Source of the DNA: an uncultured archaeon
GTDB taxonomy: Archaea; Asgardarchaeota; Jordiarchaeia; Jordiarchaeales; Jordiarchaeaceae
Reading direction: 5' to 3'
Assembly: GCA_964510585.1 (NCBI GenBank)
Contig: CAZECW010000193.1
Coordinates: forward strand, 30,001 to 62,000
Length of the DNA stretch: 32,000 bases
Shown: positions 18,015 through 25,929 of the stretch, piece after piece
Numbering within the stretch: position 1 is the first letter of the stretch
Layout of the letters: each line of letters opens with the position of its first letter
Position numbers and translations under genes: made by a program
The notes under the pieces: generated by a model
What the model saw: only the letters and a program-made list of their open reading frames with translations
What the model was told of the DNA's origin: nothing
The model's database searches: none

Positions 18015-19193
18015 TTACCTCCCGTTCTTTTTGTAGAATTCGATGCCGTATCTTCGTAGGCTTTCTAAGTCCATTGTCCACGTTTTTTCTTTTTCGGTGT
18101 TTACGAATGTGATTCTGTCGGTGCAGCTAAGGCAGGGGTCTATTGATGCGATGGTTATTGGTACGTCTGCGATGTAGCCTCCCTTGAGCATATATTCTAC
18201 TGAGGGCCAGTTTGCGAGTGTGGGTGTTCGGATTTTTACTCTTTCAGGTTTGTCGGATCCGTTGCTTTTGATGTAATGTATGAGTTCACCTCTGGGTGCT
18301 TCGTATCTGCTTAGTACTTCTCCTTCGGGTACGCGTCTTTTGAGTTTGAGTCTTATTTCGTCTTTGGGGAGATGGTCTAGTAGCCATTGTATCATGTTGC
18401 AGGATTGAACCATTTCTAGGATGCGTACTGCCACTCTTCCGAATACGTCGCAGGTGTCCCAGGTGACTACGTCGAAGGGTACTTCGTCGTAGGCTGCGTT
18501 GGGGTCGTCTTTGCGGCAGTCCATGTTGATTCCTGAGGCTCTCAGGGTTGGTCCGACGGCTCCTAGTTTGCGGGCGATGTCTGGTGGGAGCACTCCTATA
18601 CCTTGGGTTCTTTTTAGGACGGTAGGTTCATTTATGCATAGTTTGAGGTAGTAGTTTAATCTTTCTCTAAAAATGTCCATTCCCTTTTTTATTTTTGGGA
18701 TGTTTTCTTTGCTTATGTCTCTTCGGACTCCGCCTATGGTGTTCATTGCGTAGTTTACTCTGTTTCCGGAAATCATTTCGAGGAAGTCCATGACTAGTTC
18801 TCGGTCCCTCCAGGTGTAGTGGAGTAGGGTGTCGAATCCAATTTCGTGTCCTGCCACTCCGAGCCACAGCATGTGGGAGTGGAGTCTCTCCAACTCGCAT
18901 ACGATGGTTCTTATGTAGAGTCCTCTTCGGGGGACTTCTTCGTCAAGTAGTTCTTCAACTCCTTGGACAAATGTAGTTGTGTGTGAGTGGGAGCAGATTC
19001 CACATACTCTTTCTAGTAGGTATATGTCTCGGACGTATGTTCTTAGTTCGGCTGCTTTTTCTATTCCTCGATGGTTGTATCCTATTCTAACCTTTGCGTC
19101 AACAACTTGTTCTCCATCAACTTCAACTGTGAAATTTACTGGTTCTTTTAATGCGGGGTGTTGGGGTCCTATTGGTATTTTTACAGTCGACAT
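18015..19193 (-). CDS. Group 4 [NiFe]-hydrogenase large subunit (NuoD homolog retaining the Ni ligands)
   Basis: IGPQHPAL.EP, GY.HRGIEK, L1 motif ERVCGICSHSH, EAPRGE, L2 motif DPCLSCTDR and a 32-aa C-terminal extension. Confidence 0.93.
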   Translation of the reverse strand: MSTVKIPIGPQHPALKEPVNFTVEVDGEQVVDAKVRIGYNHRGIEKAAELRTYVRDIYLLERVCGICSHSHTTTFVQGVEELLDEEVPRRGLYIRTIVCELERLHSHMLWLGVAGHEIGFDTLLHYTWRDRELVMDFLEMISGNRVNYAMNTIGGVRRDISKENIPKIKKGMDIFRERLNYYLKLCINEPTVLKRTQGIGVLPPDIARKLGAVGPTLRASGINMDCRKDDPNAAYDEVPFDVVTWDTCDVFGRVAVRILEMVQSCNMIQWLLDHLPKDEIRLKLKRRVPEGEVLSRYEAPRGELIHYIKSNGSDKPERVKIRTPTLANWPSVEYMLKGGYIADVPITIASIDPCLSCTDRITFVNTEKEKTWTMDLESLRRYGIEFYKKNGR

Positions 19194-19195
19194 TT

Positions 19196-19702
19196 TTACT
19201 CAACTCCTTCTGGTAGCCAATCTTTTCGGAGAGGATATACCCCCTCGGGCCAATCGTCTGGCAGTATTAAACGCTTCAGGTTGGGATGGTTCTCAAAAAC
19301 TATTCCAAGAAGGTCGTGCGCTTCCCTCTCATAAAAATTGGCTGACGGTAATATATCAACTATAGTTTCAATCTTAGGGTTATTCTTAGGAATCTCTGTT
19401 TTAATGTTGGGATATGTGCGGTAACCCTGATACTTATAGAGGTGATAAACGATTTCGAAGGTTTCGCCCTTGTCAACTCCAGATATGGTGGTTACATGTT
19501 GTACGTCCCAGTTATCCTTCATCCATTGGATAACTTTGCGGTGGTCTCCCGGCTTTACTTTGATAAATATTCTTTTTGCCCTGGGAATCCACACTTCAAC
19601 GGCTGCTCCAAACGCCTTCTCTATTTCTGCTTTTAGTTTTTCGTCCTCCTTTGAGGATGGCTTGGGTTTGGGCTTTGCTTTCTCAGCTTCTGGTTCTGAC
19701 AT
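19196..19702 (-). CDS. NuoC/MbhK-like subunit
   Basis: TISGVD...FEIVYHL, SANFYEREAHDLLGI.F..HP.L.RLILPDDWP...YPLRKD. Confidence 0.93.
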   Translation of the reverse strand: MSEPEAEKAKPKPKPSSKEDEKLKAEIEKAFGAAVEVWIPRAKRIFIKVKPGDHRKVIQWMKDNWDVQHVTTISGVDKGETFEIVYHLYKYQGYRTYPNIKTEIPKNNPKIETIVDILPSANFYEREAHDLLGIVFENHPNLKRLILPDDWPEGVYPLRKDWLPEGVE

Positions 19703-19706
19703 TGCA

Positions 19707-20141
19707 TTATCCTCCTTGCAATTTTCCTATGAGTTTTGCGACGGCGTCGATTATGGCTTCTGGTTTGGGTGGACATCCGGGCACGTACATGTCAACTGGA
19801 ATTATCCTGTCGTATCCTCCCTCGATGTTATAACATCCTTTAAAGACGCCTCCAGAGATGGCGCAGTTTCCAACTGCAATCACAAATTTTGGTTCTGGCA
19901 TCTGTTCGTATAGGCGTTTAAATCTGGGTGTCATCTGTTTGGTTATGGAGCCTGTACCAATCATGACGTCTGCGTGTCTCGGAGAACCTACCAGTATTAT
20001 GCCGAAGCGTTCAATGTCATATCTGGGCATTAGGGCGGCGATAACTTCTATGTCACAGGCGTTACATGCTCCTGTGTTCATGTGAAAAACCCAGGGAGAT
20101 TTTACTCTCGCCCAAGTTACAAGCTTATCCTTAAGTCCCAA
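19707..20141 (-). CDS. Hydrogenase small subunit (NuoB/MbhJ-like)
   Basis: TGACNACDIE is CxxC-type, unlike the tandem CC of NuoB. Also SPRHAD, PKFVIAVGNCA.SGG and VPGCPP.P. TTG start. Confidence 0.93.
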   Translation of the reverse strand: MGLKDKLVTWARVKSPWVFHMNTGACNACDIEVIAALMPRYDIERFGIILVGSPRHADVMIGTGSITKQMTPRFKRLYEQMPEPKFVIAVGNCAISGGVFKGCYNIEGGYDRIIPVDMYVPGCPPKPEAIIDAVAKLIGKLQGG

Positions 20142-20158
20142 ATTTACACCACCTTCTC

Positions 20159-20476
20159 CTATCTCCTGTATAAGACTAACACTGCGGCTATCGTTGCAAA
20201 TATTACGAATATTCCACCGTAGAGTGGATTTGCAAAGGCAGAGGTGAATATTATGAAGCCTGCTGTTTCAAGTATTGTGAAGAAAACAGCGTAGTAGAAC
20301 AGTTGCAGTCTGAACTGGAATTTCTCGGCGGGATAGTTTTCTCCACAGGCGTATACCATGAGTTTTTCTTTGCTCTTCTTTCCTTTTGGCGCTAGGAACT
20401 TTGCAGAAACATATAATCCGCAGGCGCTGAGTAGGCTGATTAACAGTGCTAGTCCAAAAGTTAGTATTCCTGCCAA
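20159..20476 (-). CDS. NuoA-like three-helix membrane subunit
   Basis: LAPK..KS..K...YACGE followed by YYAVFFTILE. It is the first gene of the - strand operon and has a GGAGGTG SD at 20487-20493. Confidence 0.85.
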   Translation of the reverse strand: MAGILTFGLALLISLLSACGLYVSAKFLAPKGKKSKEKLMVYACGENYPAEKFQFRLQLFYYAVFFTILETAGFIIFTSAFANPLYGGIFVIFATIAAVLVLYRR

Positions 20477-20528
20477 AGTGCTTTTGCACCTCCAACTCTG
20501 AGAATAATAGCGTTTAGATACATTCTCC

Positions 20529-20544
20529 TATTTAAGGTTTCACA
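20529..20544 (-). promoter_or_regulatory. Putative BRE/TATA promoter of the nuoA-I-like operon
   Basis: The - strand reads tgtgaaaccTTAAATA about 55 bp upstream of the nuoA-like start. Confidence 0.35.
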
Positions 20545-21156
20545 ATAACAGAGATTTGTATCGAATTAAAAGTTTTTCCATTGACGATTTTCCTATTTTT
20601 CCTCAGATTCTATTCCCCAAACCAACAACACTGCCCAGTATTGTGGACAAATTTGGTAACTTCCAAAAGCTACATTCACAACAACACTAGGAACACATGG
20701 CTCTCTGTTTACTCTATTTAAAATCATACTTGTATTCATATAGCCCACATTCCGCATCCTTTGTGATTTTTTGGTATTTTTTGTTTTTACCAGTTTCTGC
20801 TCACGTTTCTTGCGTGGATTTGGAGGTTTCCAAAAATTTTTTGATAAAGTCCAGCATTCCTCCTATAAGACTTATTCTGCAAAAATAGAAAAATAAACCG
20901 AGGGTGCGGAAAGTGGGATATAAACTTAAATAGTTAAACTCACATGAAAAATTGGACTTCAGGTTTCTACGCACACCTCGGTAAATCCCCAAGAAGGGTG
21001 GAGGGCTTCTCGTAAAGTAGCTATATAAAGACTCAAGGGGGATGGTCTGGGCTTCACAGCCTCTCCCATAAATAATCTATTGTTTCGTTTGATTCTCAAG
21101 CACATTTTACACAACGGTTTCCACAGTTTGGGCTCGTTTTTGTAAAATTTCTTGTC

Positions 21157-21240
21157 CTTTTCCGGCTCTAAACAGGCATTTTTACACCTCTAAAAAGCCG
21201 ATTTGCGCCCTTGAAACTTTTTGAAATTTGTCCACAGTAG
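21157..21240 (+). repeat. Dispersed intergenic repeat, copy 1
   Basis: cctttccggctctaaacaggcattttt..aaaagccgatttgcg..tt.aaac..aattt.tccaca.ta is shared with 24574-24672. Confidence 0.75.
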
Positions 21241-21481
21241 AATGAGCTGGGTTAAAAATGGCAATCTGTAAGAGGGGGTTTAGGACAATTTATATCTCCT
21301 TTCTCACAATTTTAAAAGGGACAAAAAAAGGGCTCCTGCCAGGAAGTTTAACAAAAAGTTATTTATCTTCTAATGACACGAAGAAAAGTTTAGTTTCAAA
21401 AATTGAAATCATATACTGCTAACCAAAACTGTTAATAAAATGGTTAGACTATGCTATACTATATTTAGTGAGGTGTGAAAT

Positions 21482-21928
21482 ATGGAAGTAACGTTTGATT
21501 TGGAAGGTGAGAAGGTAACTGTTAAACTTCCCGAAGACCTATATTACCACAATGATCACTGTTGGGTCAAGGTGGAGAATGAAAAAGCCAGAATTGGATT
21601 CGACGACTTCGGACAGGCAACTGCGGGAAAAATCCTATTTGTGAGGCTCAAACCCGAGGGAAAAACCATAGAGTTTGATAAAAGTTTTGGCTCCATAGAA
21701 ACAGGAAAGTGGGTGGGTCCACTTAAGGCTCCCATTAGCGGCACCATATTGGAGGTCAACCCCGAACTTAAAAAGAAACCCACCATCATCAATGAGGATC
21801 CTTACGGAAAAGGATGGCTACTAGTCGTTAAACCGACAGATAACCTGAAGGCGGAATTATCTAAACTCGTCACTGGAAGTGCAATAAAGGACTGGATAAA
21901 TAAAGAGATAAAAGAGCGTCTAAAATAA
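21482..21928 (+). CDS. GcvH-family lipoyl-carrier protein, LbpA-like
   Basis: DLYY...HCWVK, RIGFDDFGQ..AG.I, lipoyl-Lys motif GSIETGKWVGP, N.DPYG.GWL. The GKWVGP variant differs from the canonical GcvH ESVKA. Confidence 0.9.
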   Translation: MEVTFDLEGEKVTVKLPEDLYYHNDHCWVKVENEKARIGFDDFGQATAGKILFVRLKPEGKTIEFDKSFGSIETGKWVGPLKAPISGTILEVNPELKKKPTIINEDPYGKGWLLVVKPTDNLKAELSKLVTGSAIKDWINKEIKERLK

Positions 21929-21969
21929 ATAGAAAATCTGATCTTCCTTTTTTAGTCCCCAGGGGGTGC

Positions 21970-23064
21970 TTGAACTTGGAGGAGTGGAGGCTTTTAGACT
22001 TAGGTGCTCTACCTCCAATTGACACTCAAATTATTTACGAGGCAGTAGCGGTAGCCAGAAGCAAGGCTTTAGTTCCTGACACTCTGATACTCTGCTATCC
22101 CAAAAGTCCACTGGTCTGCATTGGATACCACCAAGAGCTGGAAAAAGAAGTAGATCATGCCTATTGCAAGTCTCAAGGAATACCCGTAGTTCGAAGAATC
22201 CTGGGGGGAGGAGCAGTTTACTTAGACCAAGGACAGCTCTTCTACCAGGTGATTGTGGATAAAAAAAGCCCCAAAGTTCCGGTTTCCATAAAGGACTTTT
22301 TCAGGAAGCTTTTGGAGGCGCCCACAAAAACCTATCAGGATTTAGGCATACCTGCCCAGTACAAGCCCATAAACGACATTGAGGTAAATGGCAGAAAAAT
22401 CAGTGGAAACGGGGCTGGAACAGTGGATAATGTTGTGAACATTTTGACTGGAAACATCATTATGGACTTTAACTATGAAATGATGGTGAAGGTTCTAAAG
22501 GTTCCCAGCGAAAAGTTCCGAGACAAGGTGGCCAAAAGCCTTGAGGAGAGAATGACCACCATAAAGAGAGAACTTGGACACATAGTCCCCCTAGAAAAAA
22601 TAAAATCCCTACTCATAAAAAACTATGAAGAAACCCTAAACATAAAATTTAGAAGGGGAGCATTAACCAGCAACGAGCAGGAAATCATGAGGGATCTTAG
22701 GAAGAAATATGAATCCCAGGAATGGCTGAACCTCTCATATATGCGGCACCCCGACTTGGTTAGGCGGGTCAAAATTTCGGGTGCCACCTCTGTTTCTGAG
22801 TCTGCCTATAAAGCTCCTGGAGGACTAATAAGAGTCACCATGATAATCGAGGAAAACCGCATAAAGGAAATAATGTTTAGCGGAGACTTCTGGATATACC
22901 CTCAAGACAAGCTAGCTGAATTAGAGAAAAGCCTCACCATGGCCCCAACCAACAGGGAGGAAATAACCAAAATAATTCGCTCCTTCTATGAAAAAGAAGG
23001 AATAGAAACCCCAGGAGTAACCCCAGAAGACTTCGCAACAGTAATAAACCAAGCACTAGAATAA
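21970..23064 (+). CDS. Lipoate-protein ligase with fused LplB-like domain (sLpl(AB)-like)
   Basis: VRRILGGGAVYLD, NDIEVNGRKISGNGAG, KVPSEKFRDK and a C-terminal KAPGGLIRV..FSGDF. TTG start. Confidence 0.92.
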   Translation: MNLEEWRLLDLGALPPIDTQIIYEAVAVARSKALVPDTLILCYPKSPLVCIGYHQELEKEVDHAYCKSQGIPVVRRILGGGAVYLDQGQLFYQVIVDKKSPKVPVSIKDFFRKLLEAPTKTYQDLGIPAQYKPINDIEVNGRKISGNGAGTVDNVVNILTGNIIMDFNYEMMVKVLKVPSEKFRDKVAKSLEERMTTIKRELGHIVPLEKIKSLLIKNYEETLNIKFRRGALTSNEQEIMRDLRKKYESQEWLNLSYMRHPDLVRRVKISGATSVSESAYKAPGGLIRVTMIIEENRIKEIMFSGDFWIYPQDKLAELEKSLTMAPTNREEITKIIRSFYEKEGIETPGVTPEDFATVINQALE

Positions 23065-23355
23065 ACATCTCCTGCCAAAACGTCTAAAACCTATCCTACA
23101 AATACGGTCGCCCTTTCTCTATTATGCCAAACTAGATTAGGATTTCTGTTTCCAAGATAAAAACTGGCAAAAGCTACCTTCCCTTAAAAAAAGGCGAGAG
23201 GAAGGAAGCAATAGGAGCAATGAAGCCAAACCAAAGCTAAGCGCTCCCACGTTTTTCCAAAATTGTTTTTTGCTTTTCAATATTTTTTTAAGTTTTGATG
23301 ACACTTGCTTAACTAGCGTAGTTTAATTACGCTAAAATAATGGAGGTGTAAAGGC

Positions 23356-24411
23356 CTGGAAGACTATAGGTTAACGAAGGCAGTAACTCTTTATGGATGA
23401 TCCTGTAAATTGCCTCAAACCAAGCTTCTGAATCTCTTGGAAAAAGTGGGCGTTAAAAAGGATCCCTCAGGCAGAGTTGTAGGAGGAATCGGAGAAGACG
23501 CAGCGGTCATAAAAATTCAAAAAGATTTGGTGCTCATAGAAACTGTGGACTTCATAACCCCCAACGTTGACGACCCCTACATTCAAGGCAAAATAGCTGC
23601 TGTAAACGTTACCAATGATGTGTACAATGTAAATCATAATGATTTACATGCATAAGCCATAGGTGGAACCGACGTGGTGAGCTTTCTTGCAATACTGGGA
23701 ATTCCTGAGAACATGCCCCTCAAGATGGCTGAGGAGATGTTACGGGGGATAAACGACTTGATAAGTGAGTTGGGCACCACAACCATTACTGGGGGACACA
23801 CCATAATAAACCCTTGGCCCCTAGTGGGAGGCGTAGCCTCAGGAATAGCCCACCCAGACCAGATAGTAACTCACAAAGATGCGCAGCCCGGCGACATACT
23901 CATACTCACCAAACCCTTAGGCACACAACCCGCAATGGCTGTCTACAGAGGATTACGAGACCCCGCCGTGGCAGAACAAATCCTGAAGTTGGTTTCTCGA
24001 AAGGAAGCAGAAGAAATGGTTGAAAAAGGAATTAAATTGATGACCACCTCAAATAAACCCGTGGCTGAGGTCATGAGGGTGGTTAAACCCCACGCTTCCA
24101 CCGATGTCACAGGCTTCGGCTTACTCGGCCACACCCAGGGAATAGCGGAAAGCAGCAAAGTAGACATCACCATTCATACCCTACCCATCATTAAAGGCAC
24201 CTTACAAATTTCGGATCTCTTTGGCTACGGCCTGCAATCTGGAGAATCAGCAGAGACCGCTGGCGGCATGATTCTCTTTGTCCCAAGTGATTTAAAGGAA
24301 AATTTGGAACACGAACTTGACAGGAGATCTGTAACCCATTACGAGATAGGAAAAACTAGTAAAGGGTCAGGAAAAGTAGACTTCAGCAAGGCAGAAATAC
24401 TTGAAGTTTAA
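23356..24411 (+). CDS. selD: Selenide, water dikinase (selenoprotein): CTG start, UGA read as Sec at codon 15, 30-nt insertion at 23626-23655; 341 aa if spliced
   Basis: CTG GAA GAC TAT AGG TTA ACG...GGA TGA TCC TGT AAA gives (M)EDYRLTKAVTLYG-U-SCK. Then GEDAAV, TVDF, NVTNDVY|AIGG, GGHT, LTKPLGT, TDVTGFGLLGH and ETAGG all follow in one frame. Confidence 0.92.
23398..23400 (+). other. In-frame UGA recoded as selenocysteine
   Basis: It occupies the catalytic Cys/Sec position of the SelD G-(C/U)-x-C-K motif, and a SECIS lies 3' of the gene. Confidence 0.93.
23626..23655 (+). other. Candidate archaeal bulge-helix-bulge-type pre-mRNA intron (30 nt) in selD
   Basis: Inverted repeat ATGTAAATCAT/ATGATTTACAT, 4-bp helix GUGU(23620-23623):GCAU(23650-23653), and bulges AC^A and AA^G. 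Excision restores NDVY-AIGG and removes the TAA. Confidence 0.7.
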
Positions 24412-24412
24412 A

Positions 24413-24470
24413 GCGGCAGTAATGACCTGCAGACAAAACCCTTCATGGAGGTCTGCGGGGAACATTCCGC
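24413..24470 (+). promoter_or_regulatory. Eukaryote-like SECIS element in the selD 3' UTR
   Basis: Helix I is GCGG/CCGC. The core is AUGA(24422-24425)...GA(24460-24461). Helix II is CCUGCAGAC/GUCUGCGGG. There is an apical AAAA and a CC..GG mini-stem (type II-like). Confidence 0.9.
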
Positions 24471-24573
24471 CTAGCAAGGTTGGTGCCGCCCCTACAAACT
24501 AATTAGTTTCCACACTGGTAGAAGCTTGAAGGAGCATTCCCCCTTCGTGGGTGTTGTTTTCAAATTTTTTATT

Positions 24574-24672
24574 CCTTTTCCGGGTCCAAACAGGCATTTT
24601 TCTGTGCTTCAAAAGCCGATTTGCGGCTTAAAACAACATTTTTCCTGCTTCCCGAAAATTTTCCACAATAGG
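24574..24672 (+). repeat. Dispersed intergenic repeat, copy 2
   Basis: ccttttccgggtccaaacaggcattttt..aaaagccgatttgcgg.ttaaaac..aattttccacaata matches 21157-21240 in direct orientation. Confidence 0.75.
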
Positions 24673-24905
24673 TAGCTAGGCTGGCTGTGTCACACTTTTT
24701 TTGGGTTTTAACTTTAAAATTTTTGTTATAATAATATGCGGTTTCTGAATTTTAACGATTTTTCCAGTCACTAATCTCTTTCTGGGACCATTTTCGGCGG
24801 TCTTGGGCACGTAAGAGTTAAATATAACATTAAATCCAAACTAAAACGTTTTAAAAACAACAAATTACGTGAGTGACGGATAATTCGATTTGAGAGGCGA
24901 CTTGA

Positions 24906-25160
24906 ATGGTTGACCCTACAATTATTCACGTGGCTCTCATAGCTCTAGCAATAATTTTTGGAATAATCGCTGTGGAACTAAAAAGACTAGACCATGCAGT
25001 AATTTCATTCGCCGCGATGAATGTAGTCTTAGGGGCCCTATTCTACCTACTCTACGCTCCCTGGGTAGCAGTGTTCCAGTGGCTAATCTACGCCGGAGCC
25101 ATAGTAGTTCTCTTACTAGTCACCGTAAGCCTCACCAGAGAAGCACGCGAGAGTGAGTAA
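24906..25160 (+). CDS. NuoJ N-terminal half (MbhD-like)
   Basis: Three transmembrane helices and the NuoJ signature APWVAVFQWLIYAGAIVVLLL. Confidence 0.85.
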   Translation: MVDPTIIHVALIALAIIFGIIAVELKRLDHAVISFAAMNVVLGALFYLLYAPWVAVFQWLIYAGAIVVLLLVTVSLTREARESE

Positions 25161-25162
25161 AA

Positions 25163-25486
25163 ATGGTTAGTGAAACCATAATAAAAGTCACAAGAATTCT
25201 GGCAAGCATAATCCTAGCAGCATTCGTCATAGCAACAGTAATAAAAGTGTTCTGGCTAACCCCCGGAGTCTTCTACCCCTTCTACCTATCACTATTCCCA
25301 CCAATGGCAAACGCCACAACGCCAACCGCCGCAGTTTGGCAAATAGCATTCTTTGAAGGACAATACCTTTGGTCAAACAGAATCATCGACACCATGACAC
25401 TAGCCATAGTGCTAGTCGCCACAGGAATTGGAGCAGCAATCATGCTCCGAGAAGAACCCGAAGAAGAGAAGGGAGTTGAAAAATAA
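25163..25486 (+). CDS. NuoJ C-terminal half (MbhE/MnhB-like)
   Basis: Two transmembrane segments and GQYLWSNRIIDT..LAIVL..TGIGAAIML. It lies between the J-N-terminal and K-like genes. Confidence 0.7.
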   Translation: MVSETIIKVTRILASIILAAFVIATVIKVFWLTPGVFYPFYLSLFPPMANATTPTAAVWQIAFFEGQYLWSNRIIDTMTLAIVLVATGIGAAIMLREEPEEEKGVEK

Positions 25487-25920
25487 TGGCGTTACCCGTA
25501 TCACCTACAGTTTATTTGGTAGGCGCAGCCATACTCTACGGAGTTGGACTATACTGCGTCACAACCAAAAGAAACGTCATAAAACTGGTAATCGGCATTG
25601 AAATACTGGTCGCAGCAGCCCACCTAAACTTCATAGCCTTTTCAGCATACAGATGGTTCACCCAATGGGCCCTAGGCATATTCTCAGTCTTCAGCAGCAT
25701 GGGAATAACCGACAACCTCACCCTGACACTACTTGGATCCTACTTCATCACAGCCAACCTCTACACACCGCTCTACGTTGACCCCCTAGCACACGCCATA
25801 GTGATAATATCCATTGTTCTTGGAGGCTGTGTAGTAGCAATCGCCCTGTCCTTCATAGTGAACCTCTACAAGCACTACGGAACTCTAGACTCAGAAAAAA
25901 TGAGAAAACTAAAATGGTAG
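25486..25920 (+). CDS. NuoK/MrpC-like subunit with a long loop insertion
   Basis: TKRNVIKLVIGIEIL..AAHLNF, DPLAHAIVIISIV and Y...GTLD...MRKLKW. Confidence 0.88.
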   Translation: MALPVSPTVYLVGAAILYGVGLYCVTTKRNVIKLVIGIEILVAAAHLNFIAFSAYRWFTQWALGIFSVFSSMGITDNLTLTLLGSYFITANLYTPLYVDPLAHAIVIISIVLGGCVVAIALSFIVNLYKHYGTLDSEKMRKLKW

Positions 25921-25929
25921 GGATGAAAA

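Noticed and set aside
18015-19193. Possible [NiFeSe] hydrogenase, given the neighbouring selD
   Set aside because: All four ligands are Cys codons, there is no in-frame UGA, and no SECIS was seen after this operon.
16340-20476. Annotation as NADH:quinone oxidoreductase or Fpo
   Set aside because: The large subunit keeps both CxxC Ni motifs and the small subunit has CxxC instead of tandem Cys. No NuoEFG or FpoF is present.
21482-21928. Glycine cleavage system operon
   Set aside because: No P, T or L protein genes are in the window, and the lipoyl motif is the GKWVGP variant.
23410-24411. Two separate genes (81 aa and 245 aa), or a simple selD pseudogene
   Set aside because: Both ORFs are in one frame and are consecutive parts of SelD. 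The Sec codon, catalytic residues and SECIS are intact, and the only lesion is a precisely excisable hairpin. Pseudogene status is not fully excluded.
20639-24670. DnaA-box-like TT(G/T)TCCACA motifs suggesting a replication origin
   Set aside because: The host is archaeal, the motifs are few and scattered, and no cdc6/orc1 gene or ORB elements are seen. They are treated as part of the intergenic repeat.
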